From contig CAZQUL010000001.1 in assembly GCA_964596525.1 (NCBI GenBank), positions 332,830 through 396,829 of the forward strand: 64,000 nucleotides of DNA, given 5' to 3'. The notes under the pieces are model-generated. The model was not told where the DNA came from. It saw only the letters and a list, made by a program, of their open reading frames with translations, and did no database searches. This document shows, one piece after another, positions 62,161-64,000 of the stretch. Source of the stretch: an uncultured Gammaproteobacteria bacterium (lineage in GTDB: Bacteria > Patescibacteriota > Patescibacteriia > Magasanikbacterales > GWA2-37-8). The position numbers and the translations under genes are program-made. Every line of letters starts with the position of its first letter. The stretch's first letter is position 1.

Positions 62161-64000
62161 TTATTCCCAATGTACCGTCTTTTTCCATTCTTCGAGGTGT
62201 GCAAGAACCGTCGGGTAGCGTTCTAACTTTGGCACCACCTTCTGCGCGAAGTCGCGTGCGATTTCGATGAGCGGAATGTCGGTGAGTTTGGCGAGATGCA
62301 GTTCGTCCATGCCACTTTGCTCGGTGCCGTACACCGCGCCCGGGCCGCGCAGCTCCAAATCTTTTTCAGCCAGCTTGAACCCGTCGGTGCAGCCAGCAAA
62401 AAACGTAAGGCGCTCTGTAGTGGCAGCACTCTGCGCATTAGAAAACAAAAAGCAGTATGACTGATGGTCGGAGCGGCCCACACGGCCGCGGAACTGGTGG
62501 AGCTGCGCCAAACCAAAATGTTCGGCGCCCTCGATGAGCATGATGGAGGCGTTCGGGATGTTAACCCCTACTTCGATGACCGACGTAGCAATGAGAATGT
62601 GCGCAACGCCTGCGGCGAATGCCTGCATAGTCGCTTCTTTGTCGGCGGCTTTCATCTTGCCGTGTACAAAAGCTACTTTCAGATCTGGAAACACGCTGTG
62701 CTGTAATTTTTCGTATTCGCTCATCACTGCGGCGCGGTCGTCGGTGCTGGGCCGTGTGGCTGGAATTTCTTCCTCTTCGTCGGCTTCTTTCACGTCGCTT
62801 TCGGCGATGAGCGGGCAGAGTACGAATGCTTGACGGCCTTTGGCAATTTCTTGGCGAACAAAATCATACGCCCGTGACCGGTCGAATTCGGTAACAAGAC
62901 GGGTGATGATGGGTTTACGTCCGGGTGGTAGTTCACGGATGGCCGAAATGTCCAAATCTCCGTACACGACCAGTGCGAGCGAACGAGGGATGGGTGTTGC
63001 GGTCATGGAAAGAAAATGCGCGTGTCGACCTTTTTCACGGATGATACGACGCTGCTCCACACCAAAACGGTGCTGTTCGTCCACGATCACAAGGCCAAGA
63101 TTTTTAAAGTCGACCTGCTCGGTAAGAAGCGCCTGTGTGCCGATGACCAGATCAACACGGCCTTCCTGCAGAAATTTGAGAAACGCTTTTTTGGGTATTT
63201 CACCGGCCGTGGGCGTGTGTTCTTCGTCGCCAAGTTCGTTGAGACGCCGCTGCGTGCGCGTATAGAGCCCAACGCGTACGCCATAGGGGCCCAAAAGTTT
63301 GGCGAGTGATGTAAAGTGCTGGGCGGCCAAGATTTCGGTGGGTACCATGAGTGCAGCCTGTGCCTGGTTTTTGAAGATGTTAAAAATACCCAGCGCAGCT
63401 ACTACTGTTTTCCCAGACCCGACATCACCCGAGAGCAGGCGATTCATAGGTACGGGGCGCGTCGTGTCTTGAATAATGTCCCAGGCAGCTTTTTTTTGTC
63501 CTGGTGTGAGAGCAAAGGGGAGTGCTTTGACAAAATCCTGTACCGCGGCTTGATGAAACTCAAACGCGGTAGCGGGCGTACTAAGCTGCACGCGCCGAGC
63601 GCGGGTAATGCGCAGCTGCACCAGAGCGAGTTCATCGAATTTAAACCGTGTAGTCGCCGCTTGGATATCCTCGGGCGAAGAAGGGATGTGGATGCTGCGC
63701 ACTGCCCGGTCGAGCGAGATAAGGTTATAAGCACTCCGGAATTCTTCCGGCAGCCAATCAGGAATAGGCGGCAGCTTGTGCAAGATTGTCGCGATCCAGG
63801 AGCGCAATTGTTTGTGGGTGATTCCAGCGGTGAGTGGGTAGAGTGCAACCAGACGTCCCGCGTGGGTGGGTGCGGCGTCGGGGTGTTCCTTTTCGTATAA
63901 TGGCGAAGCGAGTTGCAATCCATAACGTTCGTTTTTTACGGTACCAGCCAAATACACCACGTCGCCTGGTGCGAGTGTTTTGCTGATGAACGGCTGGTTA
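62161..64000 (-). CDS. recG: ATP-dependent DNA helicase RecG (5' end beyond the window edge)
   Basis: Helicase motifs GDVGSGKT and DEQHRFG, TRG motif and C-terminal domain. The minus-strand frame stays open past 63960 to the window end, so the wedge domain is partly outside. Confidence 0.9.
   Translation of the reverse strand, partial: NQPFISKTLAPGDVVYLAGTVKNERYGLQLASPLYEKEHPDAAPTHAGRLVALYPLTAGITHKQLRSWIATILHKLPPIPDWLPEEFRSAYNLISLDRAVRSIHIPSSPEDIQAATTRFKFDELALVQLRITRARRVQLSTPATAFEFHQAAVQDFVKALPFALTPGQKKAAWDIIQDTTRPVPMNRLLSGDVGSGKTVVAALGIFNIFKNQAQAALMVPTEILAAQHFTSLAKLLGPYGVRVGLYTRTQRRLNELGDEEHTPTAGEIPKKAFLKFLQEGRVDLVIGTQALLTEQVDFKNLGLVIVDEQHRFGVEQRRIIREKGRHAHFLSMTATPIPRSLALVVYGDLDISAIRELPPGRKPIITRLVTEFDRSRAYDFVRQEIAKGRQAFVLCPLIAESDVKEADEEEEIPATRPSTDDRAAVMSEYEKLQHSVFPDLKVAFVHGKMKAADKEATMQAFAAGVAHILIATSVIEVGVNIPNASIMLIEGAEHFGLAQLHQFRGRVGRSDHQSYCFLFSNAQSAATTERLTFFAGCTDGFKLAEKDLELRGPGAVYGTEQSGMDELHLAKLTDIPLIEIARDFAQKVVPKLERYPTVLAHLEEWKKTVHWE

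Noticed and set aside
1-64000. CRISPR arrays, rRNA genes, transposase or integrase genes
   Set aside because: No regular repeat-spacer periodicity, no rRNA-like conserved stretches and no DDE or tyrosine-recombinase ORFs were seen. The only repeats are the short MITE-like elements and the duplicated promoters and terminators described above.

Overview
This 64 kb window is a gene-dense bacterial chromosomal segment. It uses strong Shine-Dalgarno sites (AAGGAG), GTG/TTG starts and many Cys-lipobox lipoproteins. It may come from a small-genome Patescibacteria/CPR-like monoderm, but I cannot verify that from sequence alone. Housekeeping genes recognised: tmk, gatB, a PNP/UDP-family phosphorylase, der (engA), an LCP (LytR) protein, topA, a glyoxalase, a SAM-methyltransferase, a SpoIID/LytB-domain protein, two tandem ftsH paralogues, an inositol-monophosphatase-family gene, a MoxR-like ATPase with a VWA partner, pth, dprA, a PHP (EndoQ-like) nuclease, an ABC-F ATPase, a FliA-like sigma factor, clpC/clpB-family, radA, an M19 dipeptidase, a 7TM sensor histidine kinase and 5'-truncated recG. 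Three tRNAs are present: Val-CAC, Arg-GCG and Ala-GGC. Non-housekeeping content, in order of interest: (1) an island at about 18.9-21.7 kb of five small secreted proteins, several carrying a shared Cys-x5-9-Cys-x5-Cys-x4-Cys module. The island opens with three tandem near-consensus sigma70 promoters and a possible about 90-nt sRNA, and one paralogue is frameshifted at a T7 homopolymer. (2) A mosaic MITE-like repeat of about 130 bp with terminal inverted repeats GTCATTGCGAGGA...TCCTCGCAATGAC, in six full copies and one partial copy, all intergenic. (3) A five-gene translationally coupled operon coupled to a histidine kinase: nitroreductase-family, Glu/Leu/Phe/Val-type dehydrogenase, PaaK-like adenylating enzyme, ThiF/E1-like and alpha/beta-hydrolase. 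It looks like an undescribed small-molecule or peptide-modification pathway. (4) An operon of a TolB-like beta-propeller, a DsbA-like protein without CXXC, and a secreted/membrane protein with a C39-like peptidase domain. (5) A collagen-like (13 x Gly-X-Y) lipoprotein. No CRISPR array, rRNA or transposase gene was found.
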